Assembly: GCA_964016885.1 (NCBI GenBank)
Contig: OZ024741.1
Span: forward strand, 109,368,001-109,432,000
DNA from: Eledone cirrhosa
Lineage: Eukaryota
Length of the DNA: 64,000 nt
Reading direction: 5' to 3'
Shown piece by piece: positions 13,529 to 26,840 of this stretch. The notes under the pieces are model-generated. The model was not told the origin of the DNA, made no database searches, and was given only the letters and a program-made list of their open reading frames with translations. The stretch's first letter is position 1. Each line of letters begins with the position of its first letter. Both the position numbers and the translations under genes were made by a program.

Positions 13529-15404
13529 TGAGATACATCATAGAGAGGGTGGGGGTGTAAACCCGGCTTCAGTGGGGCTCTGATCAATTTAGACCAGTCT
13601 AAGGCATTCGATAGGGTCGACCATCGATACTTGGAAGCGGTTCTCAAGGCGGCCGGTTTCGGTTCGTTTTCAGAAGCTGCATCAAGGCAATGCACACCAG
13701 CATCTTCTCGAAGGTCAAGGTGAACGGCTACTTATCGGAGCCGTTCGCAATCACGCGTTCCAATCGAGCGTCGGCTTATGTCGACAACGAGACGATAATG
13801 GTGTCGAAAACCTCGGAAATCGAGGTAATCGGCAACCTACTACAGGATTACGAAAGGTTCACAGGAGCAAAACTGAACCCGGACAAGTCTGTCGGTTTGC
13901 AACTCGGAACGTGGAGAAGCAAACCGATGCTGTCCGACAGCGTCGTCGGACGCTGGACGGAGGGACCGGTGAAATTGCTTGGGGTCTGGTTCGGTCCAGA
14001 CCTCCAGGTGGAGAAAAACTGGAACTAGGTCATTGCCAAGGTATTTGCGCTCACCCAGAAGTGGGCAGAGTGCAAACTGTCTTTGAAAGGTCGAGCGGAG
14101 GTGGCGAACACTTTCATAGCGTCCGTCATCTACTACCGCTTGACTGTCGTGCCTTGTCCCCGTGAATACTTCACCAAGATGGAACGCATGCTCTTCCAGT
14201 TCCTGTGGAAGTAGCAGGCTCCACTGGTGAGGAGATCCGTCTGCTGTCAACACCCTTCCAACGGAGGGCTGGGCATACCGTGGCTAATGATGCGCAAACT
14301 TGCGCTGAGGCTATGGCATCTCCAGGTATTCCTCAACGACCAACCGGTGTGGGCACCGTTTGTGAGACAGGCCTTCCCACAACTTGTCTCGCTGACGGAG
14401 CTGCAGTCCTGGGTGAAGCGAAGACCGAAGAAGATGGGCGTCTGGCACATTGAATGCGCCCAGGCGCGCACAGTCCTCTGTCAAGCGGGCACAGCAATCA
14501 GTGGAGACTCCACTTCGACATCATATAGAGGGTTAGTACTTTACAAGTGCGATGACGTGCTCGGGGAGACTCTAAGCGTCGAGGACGACGAGCTTACCAG
14601 TCAGTTCGGTAGGATTTCCGCCAGGGACCTATGGACAACTTCCAGAGGTCCCTGGCCTGGCAGTGCTACCGAGGAGCTCAACCCGTTCGAGACAAGATCT
14701 ACAGGCACGGACGCCCCGGCGCGGATCCTTCCAAGAGGACGTGTCCAAGATGCGAGCAGGACATTGAAACAGTCTTGCACATAATTGTACACTGCCCGGG
14801 CGTAAGAGTCCTGTGGAACTATGCAGAACAACTGCTGTCGCGTATGGGACAAATCCAGTTGACTGCCGAGTCCATAGTAAGGATCAAACCGCCAGCTTCT
14901 TTCAAAAACGAAAGAGAGGCGGTTTTTTCTCTGTACAGTGGCTATGGTGAAAGAGGTTATATGGTGGACGAGATTGAGAGGTCTGAGGACAGATGCCTTT
15001 CTCTCCGGACAACAATTGATTCCCTTCTTTAAGTATCACTTTAGAAGGAGAATCAGAGTGGAGAGAGAGGCACTGCATCTCAGTAAATTTACTGAAAGGT
15101 GGGTGAATGTGGCAAAAATGGCCCGAGTGATTGGACTTTCGCTGTTTATAAGCCTGTAGGTTAAAGAAGAGAGAAAAAGGAATAAAGGAGAACTTGCACA
15201 ACACGCTCCTGAAGTTGAGGGTTGTTCTATCGACGGGGTATTAAACAACCCATTTGTGGTGTGTGTGCCCCCCCCCCCCTACTGGGGATTTCGTTTGTTA
15301 TAATTGTTTGTTTCAATATTTTTACACCCGGTATGTAAAATCCCCGGCATGTGTCTTTGTATTGTCCCCTTTTCTTGTGCGCCCTTGTGGCAAATAAAGA
15401 AATA
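13529..15404 (+). mobile_element. 5'-truncated L1/Tx1-clade LINE with 18-bp target-site duplication in a (TATC)n tract
   Basis: RT motifs LINLDQSKAFDRVDH, SAYVDN, KLLGVWFG, LSLKGR, GGLGIP; CCHC knuckle CPRCEQDIETVLHIIVHC; TSD tatctatctatcaggtca at 13511-13528 and 15405-15422. Confidence 0.92.
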
Positions 15405-15617
15405 TATCTATCTATCAGGTCACATCTTGAGTACATGTCGTCTCTGTAATATGTATTTAGTATGTATATAATATACTGTGTCTTCTCTGGATATATGGTT
15501 CTTTCTCTCTCTATATATATATTCATATATCTTCTACTTTTAACTTAATATTGCTCTAGATAATGTCTATTGGGCTTATTTATTGAGAAGCACATAATTC
15601 TAACATATTTAATATGT

Positions 15618-15659
<42 letters not shown>

Positions 15660-15663
<4 letters not shown>

Positions 15664-16335
15664 TATGAAGAGAGAAGAAACATTTAGATATAATTAGTAA
15701 TAAAATGTATCATACCTAAACTGCTCCTAAATTCCTCGACTACGTAGTTTCGTGGCATAAACAAAAACAATATATCATGAAGATATAGAGTCCTTGCGAG
15801 GTCTGCCGACTTATCAAGAGGATACCTCATTTTACTAGTCTCAAGAACGCGTCTACACGACGTGAGAAAGAATCCCAAAAGGCGGAGGGGGAGATAGTCA
15901 CGCGATATAACGGTCGAGAAACAGAGCTAAGCCTCTTATAACCCCGAAGAAAATACCACGGAGGCGGAGGGGGTATTTATATCGAGGCCGTAGAAGAGGT
16001 GGTGAAGAAGGCAAGAAGTATGAGTAATGGAAGCCTTCCAGCTGTCCCCACACCTCAAAGATTGCTCGACCAGAGGGAGTTATTAACAATATAATTAGAA
16101 ACACACAGATACATGCGGACACACACACATATATACATGAATGCATCCGCACCCAACTGTGAGTTAAGGGTGCCAACTTCACCGATGTTGCTCAATGAAT
16201 GACTGGGACAGACCAATTCAGTTGAACTAGACTGAACCAGTATCAGAGTTAAAAATACATTATGAAGAGAGAAGATGCATTCATGTATATATGTGTGTGT
16301 GTCCGCATGTATCTGTGTGTTTCTAATTATATTGT

Positions 16336-16340
<5 letters not shown>
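15660..16340 (-). mobile_element. Non-coding hammerhead-bearing element (~590-600-bp unit) with inverted terminal segment, in (TA)n
   Basis: Near identical to the 61195-62236 unit; acattatgaagagagaag repeated at 15660 and 16257; 16276-16337 is the rc of 16084-16146. Confidence 0.8.
15733..15822 (-). ncRNA. Type I hammerhead ribozyme, U3-A8 variant core
   Basis: rc: tcctc-TTGATAA-gtcggca...tgccac-GAAA-ctacgtag-TC^gagga. Confidence 0.75.
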
Positions 16341-16416
<76 letters not shown>

Positions 16417-16803
16417 ACAGTGTTGAGACCGAGGAGACCACTAATCATGGAAATACTCAATGCATGGGGAGATGCTGAGTTTGTTATAGATAGGTAAAAT
16501 ACCGACCGCGGAATGATCATCTCAGGGCTGTTTTAGTAGCCGCTAAGAATGACACATGTTTCTGGATTCTATCCGCCATCAGTGACATTTAACCAAAAAT
16601 AATCTAAAGGTTAGATACTTTGACATGATCACAGCTTAAAATATAAAATATCTATAGCGAAACCCTTATGTTTTTAGTATACATAAACATATCCTATATT
16701 CTTTCATATACACCTCAAATATGAACCACGCTATGTTAGTATTATTACTAACACACACATACACATACACATACACGAACGCACGCATACACACACACAT
16801 ACG

Positions 16804-16891
<88 letters not shown>

Positions 16892-17366
16892 AAGAGAGAG
16901 CGGGTGGGAATGGGTGATGTGTATATGACCTGTTTGTAGCCGTAGGGGTTTGGGAATGAGCTTTATAAAAGTTCACCTGATAATAAAACATAATTGGGAT
17001 CTTTAAACGGAAAACCATCTGTGGGTTTTTCATAACGCTAAATTTTAATTGCCATTACATACATACTTGCAAAAATACATGTAGTTCATATACATGTACG
17101 TGTATGCGTGTATATATATATGTGAGTGTATGATATTTGTTCGGTTATATCTCTATATTTAAAATCTTTGGAAGTGGTATTCTTTCATACATACAAACAT
17201 ACACATATATCCATAAATTCAAATATACGTTTTTGTAAATATATATTTACATATATATGTACATACATATAGACATACATTTATAACTATATACATACAG
17301 GCAGGCATGCAGGCAGACAGACCGATAGCAAGCTCTCACGGACAGAAAATAAAACATGTATGTGTG

Positions 17367-17421
<55 letters not shown>

Positions 17422-17426
<5 letters not shown>

Positions 17427-18290
17427 TACTTTGGGATGGTCATGTTGCCAATAAGAAACACACGCACCAGTTGCTTTCACTTCATTTTATTATAATAAAT
17501 TTATAAATTTAGGAATTTATAAATTTCTGGTTGGTTGGTTGGTTCCACAACCAGATAGTTGTTTATATATTGTCAAAGTTCTTTCGTCACACATTCTGTG
17601 ACCTCTTCAGTGACTGGGGATTCTTTTCTTTGTTTTTGTGCCTCTCCTTTGTTCTGTCCTACGCCATTTTGTTTCTGTGTGTGTGTTGTGTGCTCAGTCT
17701 GCGCATGCGCCACATCCGGGTGTCTGTGTGTGTTTATATTCGTTTATTTATTTGTTTATTTACATGTTACCGGTTGGTTGTTTGTTCTATGTGTGTGTGT
17801 TTTCATTTTGTCCTTAATTGTAAGTTGTGATGTTGCTGTTCCACTCATATTTTCTATTTAATTTTGGTTGTAATTCTTTTATGTTTATTGCCTCTGTGAT
17901 TTGTCTAAACATTGCGTCTTTTCTGAGTGTAGATTCTATTTTTATTTCTATATTCTCTAATTTACCCTTATGTTCTATTTTAACATGTTGGTAGAGTACA
18001 GATGATTCTTTACTATCTTGAAGGTCTCGCCAGTGTTCATTTATCCGTTCCCCTACACTACGAGCTGTCTCACCTATGTACACTATATTTTTGTCTCTAC
18101 ATTGTCCTTCAGTACATCTTATGCTATACACTACATTTCTAGTTTTACAGTTAATATGGGGGCTTATTTTACAGGTTATACATTTCTTATCTATACAGGG
18201 GGGTCTTTGAAAAGGGTATGTCTTGCTAATAAGTGTTTTTACGGAGGTACCTGGTCTTTCTACTATCTTAATAAATTTCAGTAGCACCAC
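17422..18290 (-). mobile_element. 3' part of a second Penelope-like family (Cys-rich linker + GIY-YIG + pLTR), ending in (TA)n
   Basis: ORF 17814-18308: KIVERPG..PPCIDKKCITC..CKTRNVVYSIRC..C..YIGETARSVGERINEH..RQITEA..LNRKYEW. Confidence 0.88.
17572..17614 (-). ncRNA. Minimal type I hammerhead ribozyme in pLTR
   Basis: rc: gtca-CTGAAGA-g-gtcaca-gaatg-tgtgac-GAAA-gaac-TT^tgac. Confidence 0.8.
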
Positions 18291-18617
18291 TCCACATAAA
18301 TTCCTCAATTTAAGAATGACCTGTAGTATCTATTTCATACTATTAACCCTAATTGAATATATATCTGACCAGGAATGCTTTTTGTGAAAATCAGTCATAT
18401 GGAACTATTGTCATCTTGCCTGACGGCTTGAACTTTACAACACCACCTGCCTCTTTGAGGTCAAATACCAACCCTACTAGCATCTACAAACTGACCAATG
18501 AGAATCAAGACTATTCCTGCTGACAACATTAAATTATTCCTAACAAGCTCATATGTCCCAAGGCTCTGATACCATCAACACTGTAAACACAGAGCTGGCA
18601 TATCTAAGAACTGATTA

Positions 18618-18673
18618 ACTGCCTGATGAGGTCATAGCCATTCAATGGCTATCATCGAAATATATATAGCAGT
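18618..18673 (+). ncRNA. Type I hammerhead ribozyme near the 3' end of a (TA)n-terminated element (~18290-18719)
   Basis: actgc-CTGATGA-ggt-c-atagcca-ttcaa-tggctat-c-atc-GAAA-tatata-TA^gcagt; 5-bp stem I. Confidence 0.82.
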
Positions 18674-18714
18674 AAATAAAGGATTATGAGTTCATGCAAT
18701 TGACTTATATTTCG

Positions 18715-18761
<47 letters not shown>

Positions 18762-18797
18762 GTATGTGGTTGATGGCTGAGAGAAAGTAGAGTTTTA

Positions 18798-18900
18798 ATA
18801 TTCATTTTATTAAGGCTAAATATTGAGTCTTGTTACTCTGATAAACAGGCGAAAATTCAGAGTAACAAGACTCACTATTTAGCCTTGATAAAATGAATAT
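18798..18900. repeat. Fold-back hairpin (~44-bp arms) between (TA)n tracts
   Basis: atattcattttattaaggct..ttactctga / tcagagtaa..agccttgataaaatgaatat. Confidence 0.85.
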
Positions 18901-18912
18901 ATAGCCCCTCGC

Positions 18913-18947
<35 letters not shown>

Positions 18948-18950
18948 CAT

Positions 18951-19963
18951 GAGGGGCTGGAAGGTTCCTGAATTTAAGGCTATCACGAAAGGATGGAGCT
19001 GCTACCCTTACAGAATAGGTAGGATAACGATTTAGGAGAAAATATGCAAAACATCATGGTGATATACGATATATCTTTCTCTTTTGGGCACATTTAACGC
19101 ATGATGGCAGCTCCTACAGTGGATTTGGGTAAAATTGAAGCAGAGGCACTCATGAACTTCCCCCTCTTGCAAAGCAAAAGAACGGCAAAATTCCATGGCG
19201 AGAAGGATGACTTGAAGGATGGTTGCCCAATTTACTCCACAGTGAAAATCTGGGTGTCAAGGTTTCGGACTGGTCATTTCGATTTCACAGATGAACCCCA
19301 GTCAGGACGGTCAACTTCCGCGACCTCATAGTACAAAGCCGACGCTGTGCACTTCATGATTCTCGAGGACCGCCGGATTTCAACTACAGTCCAAGCTGTG
19401 ATTCTGGGAATTTCCCGCGAAAGAGTGTGCCATATAATCCACATTCTGGACATGAGAAAGCTTTCCACAAAATTGATGCCGAAATGCCTGAAAGCAGATT
19501 AGAAGCGTATCAGAGTTACAACATCAAAGGCTTTTTGGACCGGTTTGCAGCGGGAGATGTTGATTTTATGGATCGTTTAGTCACCAGGGATGAAATTTGG
19601 CTTCATCAATATGATTCCCAGACCAAGCAGCATAAACAACACACGAAACTCTACAGAAAACACGCGTCTTTGGCTTCGAATTAGTAGAACACACACCTTA
19701 TTCTCTCAATTTGCCCCCCTCCGACTATAACCTCTTTCCAGAATAGAAGAAATATCTTAAGGGAACGAAATTTCATTCTTATTTGGAAGTGATTGCTGCT
19801 ACAGAGGCCCAACCTTCCGAGATATTTTTACAAAGTTTAGAAAACTGAAGGACCGCTGCAATAAATATGTGAATCTGAGAAGGGAGTATGTTGCATAAAA
19901 TCATAATTAACTGATCCTCCTGTAATTTCTTTTATCTAAACCCAGGAACTTTTCAGCACCCCC
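18951..19963 (+). mobile_element. Degenerate mariner (DD34D-type) transposon
   Basis: TIR-like ends gaggggctggaaggttcctg / caggaacttttcagcacccc; peptides DEPQSGRSTSA, LVTRDEIW, HTPYSLNLPPSDY (~YSPDLAPSD). Confidence 0.8.
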
Positions 19964-20278
19964 AGACAAGTACAGGAGTCGATTTAATTGACTTTCCCCC
20001 TCCCTATAAATTGCTGACCTTGTTCTTAAATTAGAAATCATAATTTCTAGCAGGTCTATCTAACCAATACAAGTTTCCTCTTCAGGTCGTCGCTGTAACA
20101 GATGTTTGTGTATGTGTCAATTATTTTTTCGCAATCTTCCTCTCGAATCAAAATATATTTTATTTTTTAATTAATAATTTTTTTTAATCAGATTTCAAGC
20201 CATTTAATTTCTTTCTGCCTTTTTTTTATTCATTTTTTAACGTTTTGTTTTGGAACGTTTTCTGATTTTTTTTTTAGG

Positions 20279-20372
<94 letters not shown>

Positions 20373-22309
20373 GTGTCTCAGTGCGAAACCGTATCGTGTT
20401 AGTCACACATAAATCTGCGTAGTTCTTCTTCCTCTTGTAAACACATGACTCTACAACACGAGCCTGAAACAAAACATCATACACCATTTTATCTCTTTTT
20501 ATTTTTGTTGTTGTTGGTTTTGTTGACTGTTGTTTCTTCTTTCTCGCCTTTTCACTCATTCTCCCTTTCTTTCTTTTTTCTCCCCCTTCTTTTCTCCTTT
20601 CCTTTTTGTTTTGATAAATGGTTAAAATAATACCACAGCAATCTATTTTTCACTTTAGCTTTGTTAATAAAGACCTGCATATGTATTTCTGTGTATGTGA
20701 TGGTGTTTGTATGTGCGTATCGAGGAGGGAGTAGGGGAGTTAAATCTTTGCTTTGTTTTTCATTCTATTTAAATGAACATTTTTGTTGTTGTTATTTTGC
20801 CATTATTATTTGCTAACTCGAACCAAGCAAGTCAAAGGTTCGAATTACACACGTTTTTTTGTTTTTTTTTTTAGAATAAGAATCTAATCTCAATCGAGAA
20901 TCAGTGAGAATGTATCGGTCAATACCTGTTTTTTATGATGCAAATCTGCCCATTTTGAATGGTTGATATTTATATTAAAATTTTCCATTATAATTTTGTT
21001 TAAGAAAAGTTTCGTAAGTAAATTTTCATAATATCAGCATACTAAAGAAAAATTGAATTTTATGTTTTATTAGTTGGTAACAAATAAGTTAACCTAATCA
21101 TTACCATATTTCTAATAAAATATAATGCTATTCTTTTACGATCGTTTCAAAGCGTGGAATGAACCATGATATTATGAATATATTGACTAACTGATAGCAG
21201 TTATACAACTCCATATTATTAGCTGTCACAAAACTCGACTATATTACTGTTTATACTCAGAAACTAAGGTTCAGGAAGTTTTCTGTAGTTCTTTGAATAC
21301 TCAACAACATAAACTAAGATAGCATTTTTCCACGAAAACAGATTTCACATTGCTTTGATGAGATATTGATACCTATACTAGGAGTTCTAAAACCGTTATA
21401 AGTTCTACCTTAATTTGGTGGATAAATATGAATACTTGAATATTAGTGAAATTTTTAAATAATCAAGAATTTAGAGGAATTTAGTAAAATGACTAAATTT
21501 CTCATTATGAAGCTGGCATTTGGATCATAACTTAACAAATGTTGTTACATAAGATTATGATGGAAAATGTATAGAAAAATATGAATACTTGAAAAGAATC
21601 CACTTTATATCATAGGTCCCAAGAGCGGGGAAGTGTATCGAAAGGGTTAATTTTAGGTCTGCACAGATAAATAATTCCTGATAAGAAGTATTCCATCCAT
21701 GACTATCTAGACTTTTTTTTAATTCTAAACATAGTATATAATTAAGTTGGTTAGTTGGAGGTATTCGTTCCGTCCGGTTCTCTGTGATCTGAGATCACAT
21801 TCTACTGAGGTGAACTTGACTTTTCATTCTTTCAGGCTCCATAAATTTAGTTCAATGGGTTCAAATTCATATTTCGTAATTTAATAGAGTCAGTCTGTAA
21901 ATAAAAACATTAACATATGGAAATACAGGTATAGGTTTTATGTGAGTAAATATGAAAAGAAAACATTTGATACTGTCATAACATCGCTACCTCAATGATA
22001 CGGGACGAACAGTGGTGGTGGAGACTTTCATTTGTGTATGGGAGCACATGCGTAAGCCACCAGGTGGTCCCAGTGGGCAGGATGGAGAAAACATTGTCCT
22101 GGACAATGACGAGGGAGACGCGTTGGAATAGACATTCCAGCTTGCAGAGATCGCTCCTGCGAGTGGCCAACCCCATCCCGATTGTAGTGAATAGACAGGT
22201 TGTCAGAAAGCGAGGAAGGTTGAATATATGCACTGCTACAGGTTCGACGACAAACCTATTGAAGAGTTACTGATATTTCGATAGCCTAAGCTCTTCGGCC
22301 TGACGGAGT

Positions 22310-22367
<58 letters not shown>

Positions 22368-22629
22368 GTTATTTGGAAGAAATCGGCTGAGATCAAAACT
22401 AGAAAGGAATGGCTTCCATCAGGTTTAAAAAGACATAGTAACATCTTATGTCACGATCAACCCCTCGATACTCAGTTGTTAATGTCTCACTGTTGTTGTT
22501 ATCTAGGATTACATAATCCATTGTACTCTTCCCTTTCCTTTAAGACATATAGTTTGCAGGAGATTTGGTTGTTATTTCTAGTGGATCGAATGTTTTGCTA
22601 GAAATAAGTTTCTAATACTCTTCACATAC

Positions 22630-22791
22630 GTGGTGGTGATGGTGATGATGGTGGTGATGGTGGTGCGGCTGATGTTGTCGTTTTTATCGTTTGGGTTTTT
22701 TTGTTGCTGTTGTTGTTGTTTTTGTTGGTGGTGGTGGTGGTGGTGCTGGTGTTGTTGTTGTTGTTGTTGTTGTTGTTGCTGTTGCTGTTGC

Positions 22792-22864
<73 letters not shown>

Positions 22865-25160
22865 CAGGCTGCAGTACTGTTACCAAAATGGTGCACGACC
22901 AAAATAGTCCGATATACAATTAGGTTTCTTTTCAAGCCGAAGGGTAGCAAACACTGATAAAGGTTTAGTGGTGATGGTGGTGGTGGTTGTGGTGGTGGTG
23001 ATTGTTGTGGTGGTGGTGGTTGTGGTGGTGGTGGTGGTGGTGGTGGTGGTGGTGGTGGTGGTGGTGGTGGTGGTGATGGTGATGGTTGTGGTCGTTGTGG
23101 TGGTGGTGGTGGTTGTGGTGGAGGTGGTGATGGTGTTGGTGGTTGTAGTGGTGGTGGTGTGGTGGTGGTGGTGGTGGTGGTGGTGGCGGTGTTGGTGGTG
23201 TTGGTGGTTGTGATGGTGCTGATGGTGGTGGTTGTGCTGGTGGTGGTTGTGGTGGTGGTGGTGGTGGTTGTGGTGGTGGTGGTGATACTGATGGTGATGG
23301 TGGTGGTGGTGGTTGTGGTGGAGGTGGTGATGGTGGTTGTGGTGGTGGTGGTTGTGGTGGCGGTGTTAGTAGTGTTGGTGGTTGTGATGGTGTTGATGGT
23401 GGTGGTTGTGGTGGTGGCGGTGGTGGTTGTGGTGGCGGTATTGGTAGTGTTGGTGGTTGTGATGGTGCTGATGGTGGTGGTTGTGGTGGTGGTGGTAGTG
23501 GTTGTGGTGGTGGTTATGGTTGTGTTAGTGGTGATAAAGATGATGGTGATGATTCGGGATGCCGTTGTGGTAGTAGTGTTAGGGGTGTTGGTGGTGGGAT
23601 TTATTTTATGATGGTTGTGGTGATGGGGTGATGGTAGTGATAGTGATGATGGTGGAGGTGGTGGTTGAGGTGGCTGTTGTGGTAGTGGTATTCGTGTTAA
23701 TTTGACTCCTGGTGGGGGATGGTGATGTTAGTGGTGGTGGTGGTGGCGGCGGCGGTATATGTATTAGTATTAATGTAAGTATTGCTGTTAATGCTACTAC
23801 AGTTGGTGATCTTTGTAGTATTATGAGGTAATTTTAGTGATATCTCCTCCCCCACCCCACCCCGTTCGCTACCATCATCATAATCATAAACATAACCACC
23901 ACCATTGGCATAGCTACTAACACTACCTCAAGTATAAACACAACAACTATCACCACCAATCCCATCATCACCATCACTAACATTACTAGCACCACCATTA
24001 CAAGCACCACACCACTACCACCAACACTAGCGTCACTACCATTACAGCAAGCCCCACTAGCACCAATATCACCACTAGTACCATCACTATCATTATAACA
24101 AGCACCACTACAAACACCACCACCACAAACATCACCATCACAACAAGCCCCACTTTCAACACTGCCATGGCAACAAGCCCCACCCTCATCACTACCGCCA
24201 CCACTATCATCACTACCAATACAACAACCCCCACCATCACAAACACCAGTCTCAGTACCACCACCACCACCACCACCACCACCACAACCACCACAACTAC
24301 CACCATCACCATAAACATCTGTATCCTCACAGCAAGCACCACTTTCACCACTAGCACAAACACCACCATCACCACCATCACAACAAACACCACCCTCAGC
24401 ACTACCAACAACACCACCGTTCACCACAAACACCACAATCACAACAAACACCACCCTAAGCACTACCAACAACACCACCATCACCACAAACACCACCATC
24501 ACAACAAACACCACCCTCAGCACTACCAACAACACCACCGTTCACCACAAACACCACAATCACAACAAACACCACCCTAAGCACTACCAACAACACCACC
24601 ATCACCACAAACACCACCATCACAACAAACACCACCCTCAGCACTATCAACAACACCACCATCACCACAAACACCACCATCACAACAAACACCACCCTCA
24701 ACACTACCAACAACACCACCATCACCACAAACACCACCATCACAACCAGCACCACACCCAACACTACCAACAACATCACCATCACAAGCACCAGCCACCA
24801 GCTTTAGCACCACCATCACTACCAACACCACTAATACAACAAGCACCACTATCACTTCTACTACCACCACAACAAGCACAACTACAACCACTTCCATTAA
24901 ATGCAACACTCTCACCACTACCACAAACACCTCCATCTCAAGCACTACACTCAGAATCACCACCACCAGTACCACCACAATTACATGCACCACTCTCACC
25001 TCTACCACCATCACTACCATTGCAAGCCCCACTCTCCCCATTACAACCACCACAACAAGCACCACTCTCACCACTACCTCAACCACCGCCATCACAAGCA
25101 TCCCTACCACCAGCACCACCACATACATCGCCATCATACCATCAACACCATCCAACTACC
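22630..25160. repeat. Low-complexity (GTT)n/(GGT)n then (ACC/ACA)n region, including a ~60-bp tandem unit at ~24360-24780
   Basis: Direct inspection. Confidence 0.9.
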
Positions 25161-25454
25161 ATCTATTTTAATCAGTTTTAATTATTTACATGGTACTCCA
25201 TGCTTCTCTCCAACCCTACCTCATACCTGTTTCCCATTTTAAAATACTGAAAATAGAGAGAACATAGTAGAGAGAGATGAAGAGAGAGCGAGAGTTGCTG
25301 TGTGTGTAGTCCCCTCAGCTTACCCCTCCTTTTGCCCTACCCTGGGGCAGTGGCTGGGTATACATTGGCTGGTAGATGGGTGTGAGGGAGTTAGTTATGG
25401 TGCCGTGTATGTTTAATGTTATATTTGCTGTTTATAGAGCAGTGTTTATGTGTT

Positions 25455-25529
<75 letters not shown>

Positions 25530-25554
25530 TATATAAGCAAATATATATATATAA

Positions 25555-25623
<69 letters not shown>

Positions 25624-25666
25624 CATATATATATATATATATAAGCATATATATATATAGGCATGA

Positions 25667-25727
<61 letters not shown>

Positions 25728-26291
25728 TACATATATATGCATGTAAGTACGTACATATGTTTATATATACACATGTGTGTGTTTGTTTCAATAAAGTTTA
25801 CGTCTGTAAATAGATACTTTAGACCACATGTAATGTTGTTATTGTTTATGTTTTTGCTGTAGTGGTGGTATTGGTTGTGTGGGGTGTGGTTGGTGTGGTG
25901 TAATAGTGATGAATGTAATGGTGGTATTTGTGGTGGTGTATAGTTACTGTGTTGTTACGTTGGTTTTATTTAGGGTTTCAGTGGAGGGGTTGTGGGTTTT
26001 CATTTTCTAAGTCAGCCTGGTGTTAAAAAAGTGTTGTTGCATTTTTGTGTGTGAGTGTGTGGATTTGTGTGTGGGCTTGGAGTGGTGTTGATGGTGGGCC
26101 TGGGGTGGTGTTGATGGTGGGCGACGTGATTGTGGTGTTGGGGCTTTTCTGAATATCATTTTGTTACTGTGCTTATTGTTGTATTTGCTGTTGTTTATCT
26201 CCACATATTCATCATCATATATATAAGGTATTCTTTTTCTGTCTTCCTCCAGTAAAAGAATAATATAAATGTTATATATAAGGTAACAATT

Positions 26292-26367
<76 letters not shown>

Positions 26368-26381
26368 ATATATATACATAG

Positions 26382-26440
<59 letters not shown>

Positions 26441-26447
<7 letters not shown>

Positions 26448-26694
26448 AAAAAGAGATGAAATCGAAAATGCAACTGAAGTCTTTATTTTTTTTTTATTTT
26501 TTTTTTTTTAAATATATATATTTATTTTGTTCCTTTACCGGTTTCGCAGTTCTTCTGCTTTTCAAAAGGTGAGTTGAGATGGAGGGTCTGTGGTTTTTCT
26601 CACAGTGAGAAAAACCACAGACCCTCCATCTCAACTCACCTTTTGAAAAGCAGAAGAACTGCGAAACCGGTAAAGGAACAAAATAAATATATAT

Positions 26695-26726
<32 letters not shown>

Positions 26727-26840
26727 TAAGACTTCAGTTGCATTTTCGATTTCATCTCTTTTTCTTTATACTTCCACTCGTGTAGGACACCTCGGTTATT
26801 TTTCATTTTGTAAAAAAAACCACTTTCTAATATATATTTA
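26441..26840. mobile_element. Near-perfect fold-back element (arms 26441-26603 / 26605-26770, 1-nt loop) with 3' tail, flanked by (TA)n
   Basis: ...ggtttttctcac-a-gtgagaaaaacc...; each arm carries a hammerhead. Confidence 0.88.
26639..26676 (+). ncRNA. Minimal type I hammerhead, U3-A8 variant core (mirror copy on - strand 26532-26569)
   Basis: cctt-TTGAAAA-gcag-aagaa-ctgc-GAAA-ccgg-TA^aagg. Confidence 0.78.

Noticed and set aside
21976-22273. Non-repetitive short ORFs on both strands
   Set aside because: No recognisable domain; possibly a decayed LINE fragment, not supportable as a gene
23834-25242. Thr/His-rich mucin-like ORFs (also 560-1016 and 30102-31264)
   Set aside because: Degenerate ACC/GGT simple repeats are stop-poor by composition; no consistent frame
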